Assembly (NCBI GenBank): GCA_963664295.1
Contig: OY760935.1
Span: 128,001 to 192,000, forward strand
Length of the DNA: 64,000 nt
Direction: 5' to 3'
Source of the DNA: Candidatus Altimarinota bacterium
GTDB lineage: Bacteria > Patescibacteriota > Gracilibacteria > CAIRYL01 > GCA-016699755
In this document: in pieces, positions 37,325 to 46,888 of the stretch
How the letters are laid out: every line of letters starts with the position of its first letter
Numbering within the stretch: the first letter of the stretch is position 1
Translations under genes and position numbers: made by a program
Notes under the pieces: generated by a model
The model's input: the letters and a program-made list of their open reading frames with translations, nothing else
Told to the model about the DNA's origin: nothing
The model's database searches: none

Positions 37325-38980
37325 ATGGGCGAAGATAATCAAAATAAAGATCAAAATGGCGTAAAATCTCTGCTTACTGGGCTAAATCAAGAGTTCAAAG
37401 AGCGAGAAATAGCAGAAAAAGCAAAAAATATGAGTATTGGCTATGTTGATTTAACAAAATTGCCAATAAACATAGATTTACTTGATATTATTAGTCGTGA
37501 ACAGTCTATAAAAGCTCAAGTAATGCCATTTTTTAAAGTTGGCAAAAAATTACGCTTAGCTGTAATAGATCCAGAAAAAGAAGAAACAAAAAATTTAATA
37601 AAAGAATTAAAGGAAAAAGATTTTGATATTCATTTAAGCCTTTGTTCTGAAGAATCACTTGTTTTTGCTCAGCAAAAATACAAATCAGAACTTCATTTTG
37701 AAGAAAAAGAACTAATAGCAGAAGACAGCGCAAGAGTTGATAATGTAGCCCAAGAAATAGATTCAATTCGTGAACTTCCAGAAAAATTAAAAGATTTAAA
37801 ATCTGATGAAGCATTAAATTTATTGCATGTTGAGATTTTGCGCTTAAATGCTAGTGATTTGCATTTTGAGCCACAAAAAAATTCATACAGAATAAGAGCA
37901 AGAATAGACGGATTATTAACTGATTTTTTTGATTTAGACCTAAACACAAGCCAAGGTTTAGTAAGGCAAATTAAGCATTTAGCTCGCATGAAGCTTAATG
38001 TTGTGAATGTGCCTCAAGATGGCAAATATTCTTTTAAAGCAACAGAAAGAAGTGTTGATGTGCGTGTTTCCACTTTACCAGCAAAAAATGGAGAAAGTAT
38101 TGTTATGCGTTTTTTAGATCCAAAAAAAGGTTTACTTAGCTTGGAGCAACTTGGTTTTTCAGAAAAAGCATTAGTAAGATTTAGGCAAGCAGTTTCACTA
38201 ACAAATGGTCTAATACTAGCAACAGGTCCAACAGGAAGCGGTAAAACAACCACTCTTCATTCTGTTTTGCACGAAATAAACACACCAGATAAAAAAATTA
38301 TTACCATTGAAGACCCAGTAGAATTTCAAATTCCTGGAGTTGTGCAATGTGAGGTAAAAGAAGATCAAGAATTTACTTTTGCAAGTGGCTTAAAATCTGT
38401 CTTAAGGCAAGATCCAAATATTGTTATGATTGGTGAAATCAGAGATCAAACAACAGCAGAAACAGCAGTACAAGCCTCACTGACTGGACATTTGGTGCTT
38501 TCAACTTTACATACAAATTCATCTGCTGATGCAATTCCTCGTCTTTTAAACATGGGAGTTGCGCCTTTTGTGCTTGCTCCTGCAGTAAAATGTATAGTTG
38601 CACAAAGATTAGTGCGCACATTATGCAAAGACTGCTTGCAATATGAAGAGCCAGAAGAAATTGTATTAAGAGAAATAAAACAAGTTGTTGATAATTTAAA
38701 TAATCGTGGAGAAAAAATAGAATTACCAACAAAATTACCAATAGCAAAAGGTTGTGACAAGTGCTCAAATACAGGCTACAAAGGCATTACAGCAGTTTCA
38801 GAGGTTTTATTTATTGACGCAACACTCGAAAATATGATTTATAAAAATCCTACAGATATGGAAATAATAAAATACGCAACCGAAAACGGCATGCGTACAA
38901 TGTGGGAAGAGGGGATATTAAAAATAATTAACGGAGAAACTTCTTTTGATGAAATTGTCCGCCATATTAACAAACAATAA
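37325..38980 (+). CDS. pilB: type IV pilus/T2SS assembly ATPase (PilB/GspE)
   Basis: ASDLHFEP, GPTGSGKTTT, TIEDPVE, RQDP..IMIGEIRD, STLHTN, CxxC pairs. Confidence 0.92.
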   Translation: MGEDNQNKDQNGVKSLLTGLNQEFKEREIAEKAKNMSIGYVDLTKLPINIDLLDIISREQSIKAQVMPFFKVGKKLRLAVIDPEKEETKNLIKELKEKDFDIHLSLCSEESLVFAQQKYKSELHFEEKELIAEDSARVDNVAQEIDSIRELPEKLKDLKSDEALNLLHVEILRLNASDLHFEPQKNSYRIRARIDGLLTDFFDLDLNTSQGLVRQIKHLARMKLNVVNVPQDGKYSFKATERSVDVRVSTLPAKNGESIVMRFLDPKKGLLSLEQLGFSEKALVRFRQAVSLTNGLILATGPTGSGKTTTLHSVLHEINTPDKKIITIEDPVEFQIPGVVQCEVKEDQEFTFASGLKSVLRQDPNIVMIGEIRDQTTAETAVQASLTGHLVLSTLHTNSSADAIPRLLNMGVAPFVLAPAVKCIVAQRLVRTLCKDCLQYEEPEEIVLREIKQVVDNLNNRGEKIELPTKLPIAKGCDKCSNTGYKGITAVSEVLFIDATLENMIYKNPTDMEIIKYATENGMRTMWEEGILKIINGETSFDEIVRHINKQ

Positions 38981-38983
38981 ATA

Positions 38984-39235
38984 TTATTTTACCTCTTTAA
39001 TATCAAGTGTTGCTCCTGCATCAGCAAGGCTTTTTAAAAAAAGCTGAACTTTTTCTTGAATTAGTGTTGCTCCTGGGATTTTTTCCACAAAAATAGCATC
39101 TTCTGCAACAGTAATGCTATCTATTCCTAATACTCCTTTTGTCACCTCTTCTTCTATTGAGCCAAAAGGTTGATCATTGCCATTATTGATAGTAAGGTCA
39201 TATAGCCGAGTTGTTTCAATTTTGGGATATTTCAT
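38984..39235 (-). CDS. small hypothetical protein (paralogue of 39248-39520)
   Basis: PKI....Y.L.I, LG and PG..L....Q.FL shared with neighbour. Confidence 0.7.
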   Translation of the reverse strand: MKYPKIETTRLYDLTINNGNDQPFGSIEEEVTKGVLGIDSITVAEDAIFVEKIPGATLIQEKVQLFLKSLADAGATLDIKEVK

Positions 39236-39247
39236 TTTAACCTTGAA

Positions 39248-39520
39248 TTATTTAGTTTCTATTTCGCCAATAACAAGATTAAATTTTTCTTGATCAATAT
39301 TGCTAAGAAAATCTTGCATTTTACTTTTCATCAAAGCTTCTCCTGGTACGCCACCAACAAGAAGAGTTCTGTTAAGTGCTTGTAAATTTTCTAATCCTAA
39401 GTTTGCCATCATAAAACTTCTTGCGTTAGTAATAATTTTTTCTGCTTCTGCAGTTTCAGGGTCTTTAGGTGAAATAATAAGATTATATTTTTTTTCAGCA
39501 TCGATTTTAGGGATTGTCAT
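39248..39520 (-). CDS. small hypothetical protein (paralogue of 38984-39235)
   Basis: shared motifs with neighbour; upstream TTGACA on the minus strand. Confidence 0.7.
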   Translation of the reverse strand: MTIPKIDAEKKYNLIISPKDPETAEAEKIITNARSFMMANLGLENLQALNRTLLVGGVPGEALMKSKMQDFLSNIDQEKFNLVIGEIETK

Positions 39521-39664
39521 ATGTTTTAAAATAAGGGCAAATAATATTCACTATTATTGTAAATTTGTCAAGAGTAAAAAAATATAAACACAAAAATCAG
39601 ACCTTTTACTTGAGAAAAGAGGCTTATTTTGATATAATAATATGAATATATAGAAACCAAAAAA

Positions 39665-40567
39665 GTGCTTCAATACAAAATTCCACAAAATGTGCAAATT
39701 GAAGACCGCATAACTTCATTTTTAACAGTAAGACAACTGATTATTTGCGCTATTGGCGGTGGGATTATATATATGATTTATATTTGGCTTTCAAAGTATT
39801 ACTACGCAGAAGTTTGGCTACCGCCAGTTTTTATTCTTAGCGCAATCACTCTTGCTGTTGCATTTGTAAAAATAAATGGACTAACTTTTACAAAATGGAC
39901 ATTGCTTTTTTTGGAACACATGATCAACCCAAAAAAAAGAGTTTGGGATAACACAAAAACAAATGAATTGTTTTTTAGTTTTGTGACCAGCAAAAGAACA
40001 ACAAAAAAGAAAGAAGCAAAAAAAGAGCAAGAGTTAGAAGAAAAAGACTTCACAGCCTTGGAAGAAATCACAGCAAGATTAGACAGCAATCCATTTGAAA
40101 ACATAAAAAAAACAGAAAAAAAACAAGAAGTAGCAAAAAAAGAAAATTTTTCAGACCATAGTATCTTACTTGATGACAAAGAACGAGAAAGACATGAGCA
40201 AAGGCTAGAAGAAGCAATATTAGCAAATATAAAACCGAAAAATCCTCAAAAAATAAAAAAATCACTACAGGAAAAAATCACAAAAACACCACAAAAAGAA
40301 GCAAAAATCGAAATAGAACACGAAATAAAACCTTTAAAAAGCACAGCCTCTGTACAAAAAAGAGAATTTGCAATACCAGAAATAGCAACAACAAACCCAC
40401 AAACAACAATAAAACCACAGACAGCAAGTCGTTTTCGTCCAGTTCGTGAGAAAAAAATAAACACAGTAGAAAAACCGCAAGTACCAGAAGACCACAAAGA
40501 AATGCTTAGTAAAAAAGGCGAAAAAGAAATTAAAGTAAATTTTGTTCCCAAAAAAGATGAACGATAA
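39665..40567 (+). CDS. PrgI-family membrane protein
   Basis: QYKIPQNVQIEDRI...LTVRQL, two TM segments, PKKRVW, long charged tail. Confidence 0.8.
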   Translation: MLQYKIPQNVQIEDRITSFLTVRQLIICAIGGGIIYMIYIWLSKYYYAEVWLPPVFILSAITLAVAFVKINGLTFTKWTLLFLEHMINPKKRVWDNTKTNELFFSFVTSKRTTKKKEAKKEQELEEKDFTALEEITARLDSNPFENIKKTEKKQEVAKKENFSDHSILLDDKERERHEQRLEEAILANIKPKNPQKIKKSLQEKITKTPQKEAKIEIEHEIKPLKSTASVQKREFAIPEIATTNPQTTIKPQTASRFRPVREKKINTVEKPQVPEDHKEMLSKKGEKEIKVNFVPKKDER

Positions 40568-41264
40568 AACAGTAAGACAACGCAAAACCAGTCCACAGGC
40601 AACAACACAGGTTTTTATGCCAGTTTCAGAAGTAAAAGACAGCACATTGGTATTAAAAAATGGTGGAATTAGAGCAGTTTTGCAGACATCAAGCGTAAAT
40701 TTCAATCTCAAATCAGAACAAGAGCAAAATTCAATTATTTATGGTTTTCAGAACTTTTTAAATAGTGTTGATTTTCCTGTGCAAATTGTTGTGCGCAGTA
40801 AAAAACTAGATATTGATAATTATCTTGAAAATCTCACAGACATAGCAGAAAAACAGGAAAATCCATTACTTAGAAAGCAGTCTTTTGAATACATAGAATA
40901 CATTAAAAAATTAGTAGAATATGCAGATATTATGGAAAAGAAATTTTTTGTAATTGTGCCCTATGATCCCCTAAGAGCAAAAACTCAAGGAATGTGGAAG
41001 ACTTTTTGGCAGGGAATTCACCCAGCTGATTCTTTGGAAGCAATTCGCCAAAGACACAGAGAGTTTTCTTCACTTAAAAAAGGCTTAGACACAAGAGTAA
41101 ATTTAGTAAAAGCAGGACTAGAAGGTTGTAATTTAAGAGTAGAAAGATTAAACACAAAACAATTGGTAGAATTGTTTTTTCAGATTTACAATCCAGACAC
41201 AGCGCGTAATCAAAAAATAAAAGGCAAAGATGGCTTTGAAGCATTAGATATTCTCCCAACCTAA
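40557..41264 (+). CDS. VirB4/TraC N-terminal-like conjugation-associated protein
   Basis: SVNFNLKSEQEQ..II..FQNFLNS.DFPVQI, the gene usually found after PrgI in CPR genomes. Confidence 0.7.
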   Translation: MNDKTVRQRKTSPQATTQVFMPVSEVKDSTLVLKNGGIRAVLQTSSVNFNLKSEQEQNSIIYGFQNFLNSVDFPVQIVVRSKKLDIDNYLENLTDIAEKQENPLLRKQSFEYIEYIKKLVEYADIMEKKFFVIVPYDPLRAKTQGMWKTFWQGIHPADSLEAIRQRHREFSSLKKGLDTRVNLVKAGLEGCNLRVERLNTKQLVELFFQIYNPDTARNQKIKGKDGFEALDILPT

Positions 41265-41301
41265 GTCAAGACGTGATTTGAAAGATAACATAAAAAATAT
41301 A

Positions 41302-42191
41302 ATTTGTCAAGAGATAGTTGAAAAAAATCACAAAAAGAAAAAACGGCCACAGCCCGGGGCGGGCGTGCGACCGTTTTGATGAATCATCCTCCTTTCTTTT
41401 TAGTTGTTTTCCAGTAGCGCTGGGATGTCGATCGACAGGTCGGTGATATTTCTGCGAATGTATTCCGCCAATATTCCGCGCGGAATGCGAAGCGTCATGG
41501 TGGATTGTCTTTGGGCGTGGTCATAATCGACCTTGATGTACGGCTCGAGTTCGAACCAGTTTCCCACGCTCCCGTAGGCAATTTTTGTCACATTGTTGCC
41601 ATTGACCTGCAAAACGCTGGCCAAGCTCGAGAGCAGATTTGCCGCCATGTAGGCCTCGGCGACCTGTTTTGAGACATATTTGCCCCCACTTTCACTGTCT
41701 TCGTTGGGGGCACGTCCTATGGATGTGACGACGACTATGTCGCCTTCCATTTTTGTTATAACTTCGGCAGCCCCGCAGACTGCCGGGAGAATGAGACAAA
41801 TAAGCAGAGCACTAGCCAATTTTTTCATGATTTCCTCCTTGGAAAAGTGTGTAGTGGGGCATAATTGCCCAAGCTCTAAAAAATAAACCTTAACTTCGAC
41901 TCTTTTAAGCACAAAATATATATAAATTTATGACCAAAAGAGTCGAAGTTAGTATTAAACAACAATAATAATGAAGAGAGGATCTGCTCTCATGCTTAAA
42001 TAATTTAAGCACCGATTCATTTGCAATCATGCATTTATAAGCAAAAAGATATACATAAAGCATAAATTGTACTAAGAGCAGGTCACTCTTCACTATCTAC
42101 CTATGCTGTCAAAGATCAGCTTAATAAATAAATTATTATTCTTAAGTTGCAATAATTTACAACAAAAATAGACATTTGTCAAGAGATAGTT
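41302..42191. repeat. 18-bp direct repeat bracketing a GC-rich gene
   Basis: ATTTGTCAAGAGATAGTT at 41302-41319 and 42174-42191. Confidence 0.8.
41400..41828 (-). CDS. secreted protein (LPP20-like?), atypical GC-rich gene
   Basis: AAGGAGG Shine-Dalgarno before ATG 41828; signal peptide MKKLASALLICLILPAVCGA. Confidence 0.7.
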   Translation of the reverse strand: MKKLASALLICLILPAVCGAAEVITKMEGDIVVVTSIGRAPNEDSESGGKYVSKQVAEAYMAANLLSSLASVLQVNGNNVTKIAYGSVGNWFELEPYIKVDYDHAQRQSTMTLRIPRGILAEYIRRNITDLSIDIPALLENN

Positions 42192-42213
42192 TTTCTAAAG
42201 ATAAATTATAATT

Positions 42214-43296
42214 TTACACTTGATCAAATTCACTTTCTCCAAAGGCAATTAGTCTCTTTAGAGCCATGTCAGAGCTACTTATTCCCATTGCCTTTCTGGT
42301 TGCTGGTGAAAAATCATCAACATGTGCTCCTCTAACAAATTGATTACCTCTTTTAACAGGGTCAGCAGAGGTAATTACATTTTCATTTGCAATTCCATAA
42401 GTATTTTTTAAGTGTTCTGTTAAAAATATACTTGCTTTGATTTGTTCTAATTTTGGCTCCTCAACTCCATATTGGCCTTTTTTGTCTTCTCTAAGTGCTA
42501 TTTCAACTGCAATAGTATGACGATTGATATCCCCATAGCCAAGTTTGTAAGGAATATTGCCTAAAGCCCCGTAGCCTTGTTGTGCATCAAAAAACTGCAC
42601 AATTGCACCATTGTGAGCAATCATAAAAGCTGCATCCATACTTTTTGCTAGGGTTTTTAATCCTGATTTGGTCACCTCTTGGTCACTCATTTTGTTGTGA
42701 GCGCCAGTGCCATGATAGGCAATAAAGTTTTTTCTTCTAAATACCTTTGATGATTGCATACTAAATGGCTTTGTATCAGTTATGTAATAAATAATTCTTC
42801 TACCATTTTCATCATAAACTTCATTATTATTAATTTTTTTAATTGCTTCTGCTTGTGTACATTTTATGAGTAATAATTGTTCATTCAAAATTTCTACATT
42901 AGGGGTTATGTCTTTTCTAAAAGTTTTTCGTTTTAGTGATGTTAAGTGAGGAATACTGCTATCCACTTTTGCTTTTAAGTTTCTTTCTTTTTGCACACTT
43001 TGTTGAGCTACTTGTGCTTTTGCTTTTTCTTTTGCCTTGTTTCTTATTTTAATTAAGTCATTGAGGGTTAAATTTTTTAATTCATCTCCTTCTGCCAATG
43101 TTGTTTGCCATGTTTTCATGTAATATTCTGCTCCATCCCAGCTTTTGCCCAGTTTATAAAAATAATTGATCATTTTTTGAGCATTTTCTGCGTTTTGATT
43201 TTCTCGAAACTCATTACCTAGTTGATTAGCACCACTATTTTCTAGTTTACTCTTTGCTTTTTGCAAGAAACCGCCAATTTGCTCACCTAAAGTCAT
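42214..43296 (-). CDS. N-acetylmuramoyl-L-alanine amidase-like (Amidase_2 fold), divergent
   Basis: IAYHGT, AAFMI..NGAIVQ, NRHTIAVE and EQIKA pattern in the C-terminal half. Confidence 0.65.
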   Translation of the reverse strand: MTLGEQIGGFLQKAKSKLENSGANQLGNEFRENQNAENAQKMINYFYKLGKSWDGAEYYMKTWQTTLAEGDELKNLTLNDLIKIRNKAKEKAKAQVAQQSVQKERNLKAKVDSSIPHLTSLKRKTFRKDITPNVEILNEQLLLIKCTQAEAIKKINNNEVYDENGRRIIYYITDTKPFSMQSSKVFRRKNFIAYHGTGAHNKMSDQEVTKSGLKTLAKSMDAAFMIAHNGAIVQFFDAQQGYGALGNIPYKLGYGDINRHTIAVEIALREDKKGQYGVEEPKLEQIKASIFLTEHLKNTYGIANENVITSADPVKRGNQFVRGAHVDDFSPATRKAMGISSSDMALKRLIAFGESEFDQV

Positions 43297-43410
43297 TAAT
43301 TTTATCCATAAATCATATAATTATAACATAAAATTATCAAAAATAACAATTTAATGTCCTGAATTTTTCATTTTTCTGCTATGATTCTGTTCAGCATTAT
43401 TTTTTGATTT

Positions 43411-44823
43411 ATGTCTGAAATTCGAGTGCGTATACCGCCATCACCAACAGGTCTTTTGCATGTGGGCACAGTCCGCACAGCACTTTATAACTATCTTTTT
43501 GCAAAAAAACACAAAGGAAAAATTGTTTTTCGCTTTGAAGATACAGACAAAGAACGAAGCAAAAAAGAATACGAAGAAGATATTTTAAGTGGCTTAAAAA
43601 ACCTTGGATTAAGCTATGATGAAGGTGTTTTTTATCAATCAAAACGCACAGAAATATATAAAAAATATTTAGAAGTTCTCTTAGAAGAAGGCAAAGCTTA
43701 TAAATGCTTTTGTACCAAAGAAGAATTAGAAAAAAAACGGGAAGAACAAATAAAAAACAAGCTTCCTCCTCGTCACGAATGTTGCTGTTGTGATAATCAA
43801 GACAGAAAAGGGGACTTTGTTGTTCGTTTTAAAGTGTCAAAAAATAAAGACATTATTTTTGATGACCTTGTGCGAGGAAAAGTAAAAATAAGCTCAAATG
43901 AAATTGCAGATTTTGTTATTGCAAAGAGCATGACAGAGCCACTTTATAATTATTGTGTGGTTGTTGATGACTATGAAATGAAAATAAGCCATATTATTCG
44001 TGGAGAAGATGGCATATCGAATACTCCAAAACAAATTATGATTTATGAAGCTTTTAACTGGAATATTCCTCAGTTTGCTCATTTGCCTTTAATATTAAAC
44101 CAAGACAAATCCAAGCTTTCTAAACGAAAAAACAGGGTTAGCGTTGATGCATTTTTAGAAGATGGGATTTTGCCTGATGCTTTGTTGAACTTTTTAGCTC
44201 TTTTGGGTTGGAATACTTCCGATGAAAAAGAGATATTCACACTAGACGAGCTTATTCAGGAATTTGATTTAAAAAATGTACATAAAGGAGGAGCAGTTTT
44301 TGATGAAAAAAAACTTTTATGGATAAATGGTTTATATATTCGCAATAAATCCACAGAAGAATTAAAAAAATTAGTTATTCCTTATTTAAAAAAAGCAAAT
44401 ATTGATTATATGAAACATGGTGAAGATTTTTTCACAAAAGCGCTTAAATCTACGCAAGAACGTATGAAAAAACTTTCTGAAGCACCAGAGTTATTAGCTT
44501 TTTTCTTTAAAGAAGATTTGGATTATCCAGTTGATTTTTTTGAGCATGAAAAAATGGGTGTCACTCAAGATGTGGCAAAAAAAGCCCTTAAAGAAGCCAT
44601 AAATGCAATATCAAATTTAGAAGAAATCACCCAAGAAACAACAGAAGAAGTATTAGTGGCAAAAATTAAAGAATTGGGTTGGAAAAACGGACAATTACTT
44701 TGGCCTATTCGAGTGGCATTAAGTGGAGAAAAGTTTTCACCTGGTGTTTTTGAACTTTTGGAGATTTTTGGTCGCAATGAATCATTAAAACGCATAAATA
44801 AAGGCTTGGAAATTCTCGCATAA
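43411..44823 (+). CDS. gltX: glutamate--tRNA ligase
   Basis: PSPTGLLHVG, RFEDTD, HIIRGED, KLSKR. Confidence 0.96.
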   Translation: MSEIRVRIPPSPTGLLHVGTVRTALYNYLFAKKHKGKIVFRFEDTDKERSKKEYEEDILSGLKNLGLSYDEGVFYQSKRTEIYKKYLEVLLEEGKAYKCFCTKEELEKKREEQIKNKLPPRHECCCCDNQDRKGDFVVRFKVSKNKDIIFDDLVRGKVKISSNEIADFVIAKSMTEPLYNYCVVVDDYEMKISHIIRGEDGISNTPKQIMIYEAFNWNIPQFAHLPLILNQDKSKLSKRKNRVSVDAFLEDGILPDALLNFLALLGWNTSDEKEIFTLDELIQEFDLKNVHKGGAVFDEKKLLWINGLYIRNKSTEELKKLVIPYLKKANIDYMKHGEDFFTKALKSTQERMKKLSEAPELLAFFFKEDLDYPVDFFEHEKMGVTQDVAKKALKEAINAISNLEEITQETTEEVLVAKIKELGWKNGQLLWPIRVALSGEKFSPGVFELLEIFGRNESLKRINKGLEILA

Positions 44824-44826
44824 ATC

Positions 44827-46431
44827 ATGGATCTATCATTTTTTAAGAAAAAATGGCACTTTCGACATCAAAAAGAAAATGAAAAAAATCTTTATGAGCT
44901 TTTTCTTAAAGCTCGTAAGCTAAATCCCACGGATGAGTTTTTAAGCCCTAATAATAGCCATTTGTCCGATCCTGATAATTTTCCAGAAATGCAAAAGGCT
45001 TGCGAAAGGGTTTATTCTGCTATCCAAAAAAATGAAAAAATTTTGGTTTTTGGTGATTATGATCTAGATGGGATCTCTGGTGCGGCCATTCTTTTTCGCA
45101 CATTAAAATTATTAGGTGCTAATGTTTCTGTTTGGCTTCCTTCGCGTGCTGATGGCTTTGGATTAACAAAAAAATACGCTCAATCCGCAATAGAAAGAAA
45201 ATTTGACCTAGTAATAACTACAGACTGTGGTTTTTCAGATTATAATTCTGTTGTGAGCCTAAAAGAGCAGGGGATTGACACAATAATCACAGATCACCAC
45301 TCCATACCAAAAAAAATTCCACCTTATTATGCAATTATTCATCCTCAATATCCGATTATGCAGGATACTCTTTTCGCTGGCGCGGGAGTGGCTTTAAAAT
45401 TTGCCCAAGGTTTGTTGAAAAATAATCTCCCAGCAGAATTATTAGAATTTTCTGCTTTGGGTACAGTAGCGGACTTAGTTGAACTCACTAATGAAAATAG
45501 AATTATAGTTGCTCTGGGGATAGAATGTCTTAAGAAAACAAAAAATCCTGGACTACAAAGATTATTTGCATTGTCTGGCACAAAACAAAATGAAATTGAT
45601 GTGGAAAAAATAGCTTTTTTTATTGCACCTCGTCTGAATTCAGCCGGCAGAATGGCACACCCAATGGAGGCACTGGCTTTGCTTTTGGGTAAAGTGGAAA
45701 ATGCACCTATCTTAGAAAAAATAAACTCAGAAAGACAATTAGTGACAGAAAAATATATAAAACAAATATTAGAAGAATTAGACCATAATCAGCCAGCTTT
45801 AGTTGTCAAAACTGATGCAACAGCAGGCATAATCGGGCTTTTGGCTGGCAGATTGCAAGAACGGTTTAACAAACCAGTTGTTGTGCTGTCAGAAGAAGAA
45901 AATGAATTCAAAGCTTCCTGCAGAAGCCCAGAGGATTTTCATCTTGCAGATTCGCTCAAAGAACTTTCAAGTCATTTTTTGGCTTATGGCGGTCATGCGC
46001 AAGCCGCAGGCTTTTCTTTGATTAAAGAAAATTATTCTAATTTTGAAAAAGATTTTCATAATTTAGTGCTCAAAAAAAGAGGGAATAAGCCACCAGCGCC
46101 TTTATTAAAAATAGACGCACAAATTAGCTTAGACGACCTAAGTCTTGAGTCGGTGGAGCAACTTTTATGCCTTGCTCCTTTTGGTGCTGGTTTTTCCGCT
46201 CCTGTTTTTTCTATAAAAGCAGAAGAAATTTACGACTCCAGATGCGTTGGTAAAACAGGTAAGCACCTGCTTTTTAGATGCGGATCTTTTTCTGCCATTG
46301 CTTTTTCTTGTGCTGATGCGCTTGATTTTATTCACAAAAAAGGTAGCCGAGTCGAAATTGCCTTTACTCCGGAAATAAACACATGGAATGGCTCAAAATC
46401 TGTAAAATTAAAAGTTTATGATTTTAGATAA
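44827..46431 (+). CDS. recJ: ssDNA exonuclease RecJ
   Basis: GDYDLDG, TTDCG, TDHH, PRLNSAGR, GGHAQAAG. Confidence 0.95.
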   Translation: MDLSFFKKKWHFRHQKENEKNLYELFLKARKLNPTDEFLSPNNSHLSDPDNFPEMQKACERVYSAIQKNEKILVFGDYDLDGISGAAILFRTLKLLGANVSVWLPSRADGFGLTKKYAQSAIERKFDLVITTDCGFSDYNSVVSLKEQGIDTIITDHHSIPKKIPPYYAIIHPQYPIMQDTLFAGAGVALKFAQGLLKNNLPAELLEFSALGTVADLVELTNENRIIVALGIECLKKTKNPGLQRLFALSGTKQNEIDVEKIAFFIAPRLNSAGRMAHPMEALALLLGKVENAPILEKINSERQLVTEKYIKQILEELDHNQPALVVKTDATAGIIGLLAGRLQERFNKPVVVLSEEENEFKASCRSPEDFHLADSLKELSSHFLAYGGHAQAAGFSLIKENYSNFEKDFHNLVLKKRGNKPPAPLLKIDAQISLDDLSLESVEQLLCLAPFGAGFSAPVFSIKAEEIYDSRCVGKTGKHLLFRCGSFSAIAFSCADALDFIHKKGSRVEIAFTPEINTWNGSKSVKLKVYDFR

Positions 46432-46521
46432 AAATATATTGCAAAAAATCTCCTCTTCACCTTTTTTGTTAAAATTAAATTAAAAAGTGCGATGAAAGAA
46501 GGAGATTTTCTGCTAGTTTTA

Positions 46522-46875
46522 TTATTTGTTTTGAGCAATGGCAGTATCACCTCTAATAAACTTAGGTTTCTCGGCATCAACCATAGAGGCGATTTTTGGA
46601 TCACTTTCCAAATTTTCCAAGCTTTGTAAGTCAGCTATTTTCATTCCCAAAACTTCGTTTTGGGTTATTAAACTTGCCCTTTCTTCTCTTAAAACCTTCA
46701 AAACATGACCCTTGGTAGCTACCCTGTTTGAATGAGAAAGAAAAAGCAAGGACAAAAGGCAGATTACCGCTATCATAACGAATAGAGTTGCCGTTAGTCC
46801 AGTTTCCATTCTCTCGGAAAGAGTCCTTTTTTTAATTCTTTTTCTTGCTGGATTGCTAATAGCAACTGATTCCAT
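46522..46875 (-). CDS. ftsL: FtsL-like cell division protein
   Basis: single TM plus coiled coil directly downstream of rsmH. Confidence 0.65.
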   Translation of the reverse strand: MESVAISNPARKRIKKRTLSERMETGLTATLFVMIAVICLLSLLFLSHSNRVATKGHVLKVLREERASLITQNEVLGMKIADLQSLENLESDPKIASMVDAEKPKFIRGDTAIAQNK

Positions 46876-46888
46876 TTATTTTGAAAGA

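Noticed and set aside
41885-41955. Integron attC site (TAAC...GTTA ends)
   Set aside because: The stem is perfect with no extrahelical bases or unpaired spacer, it lies upstream of the gene, it is single, and there is no integron integrase
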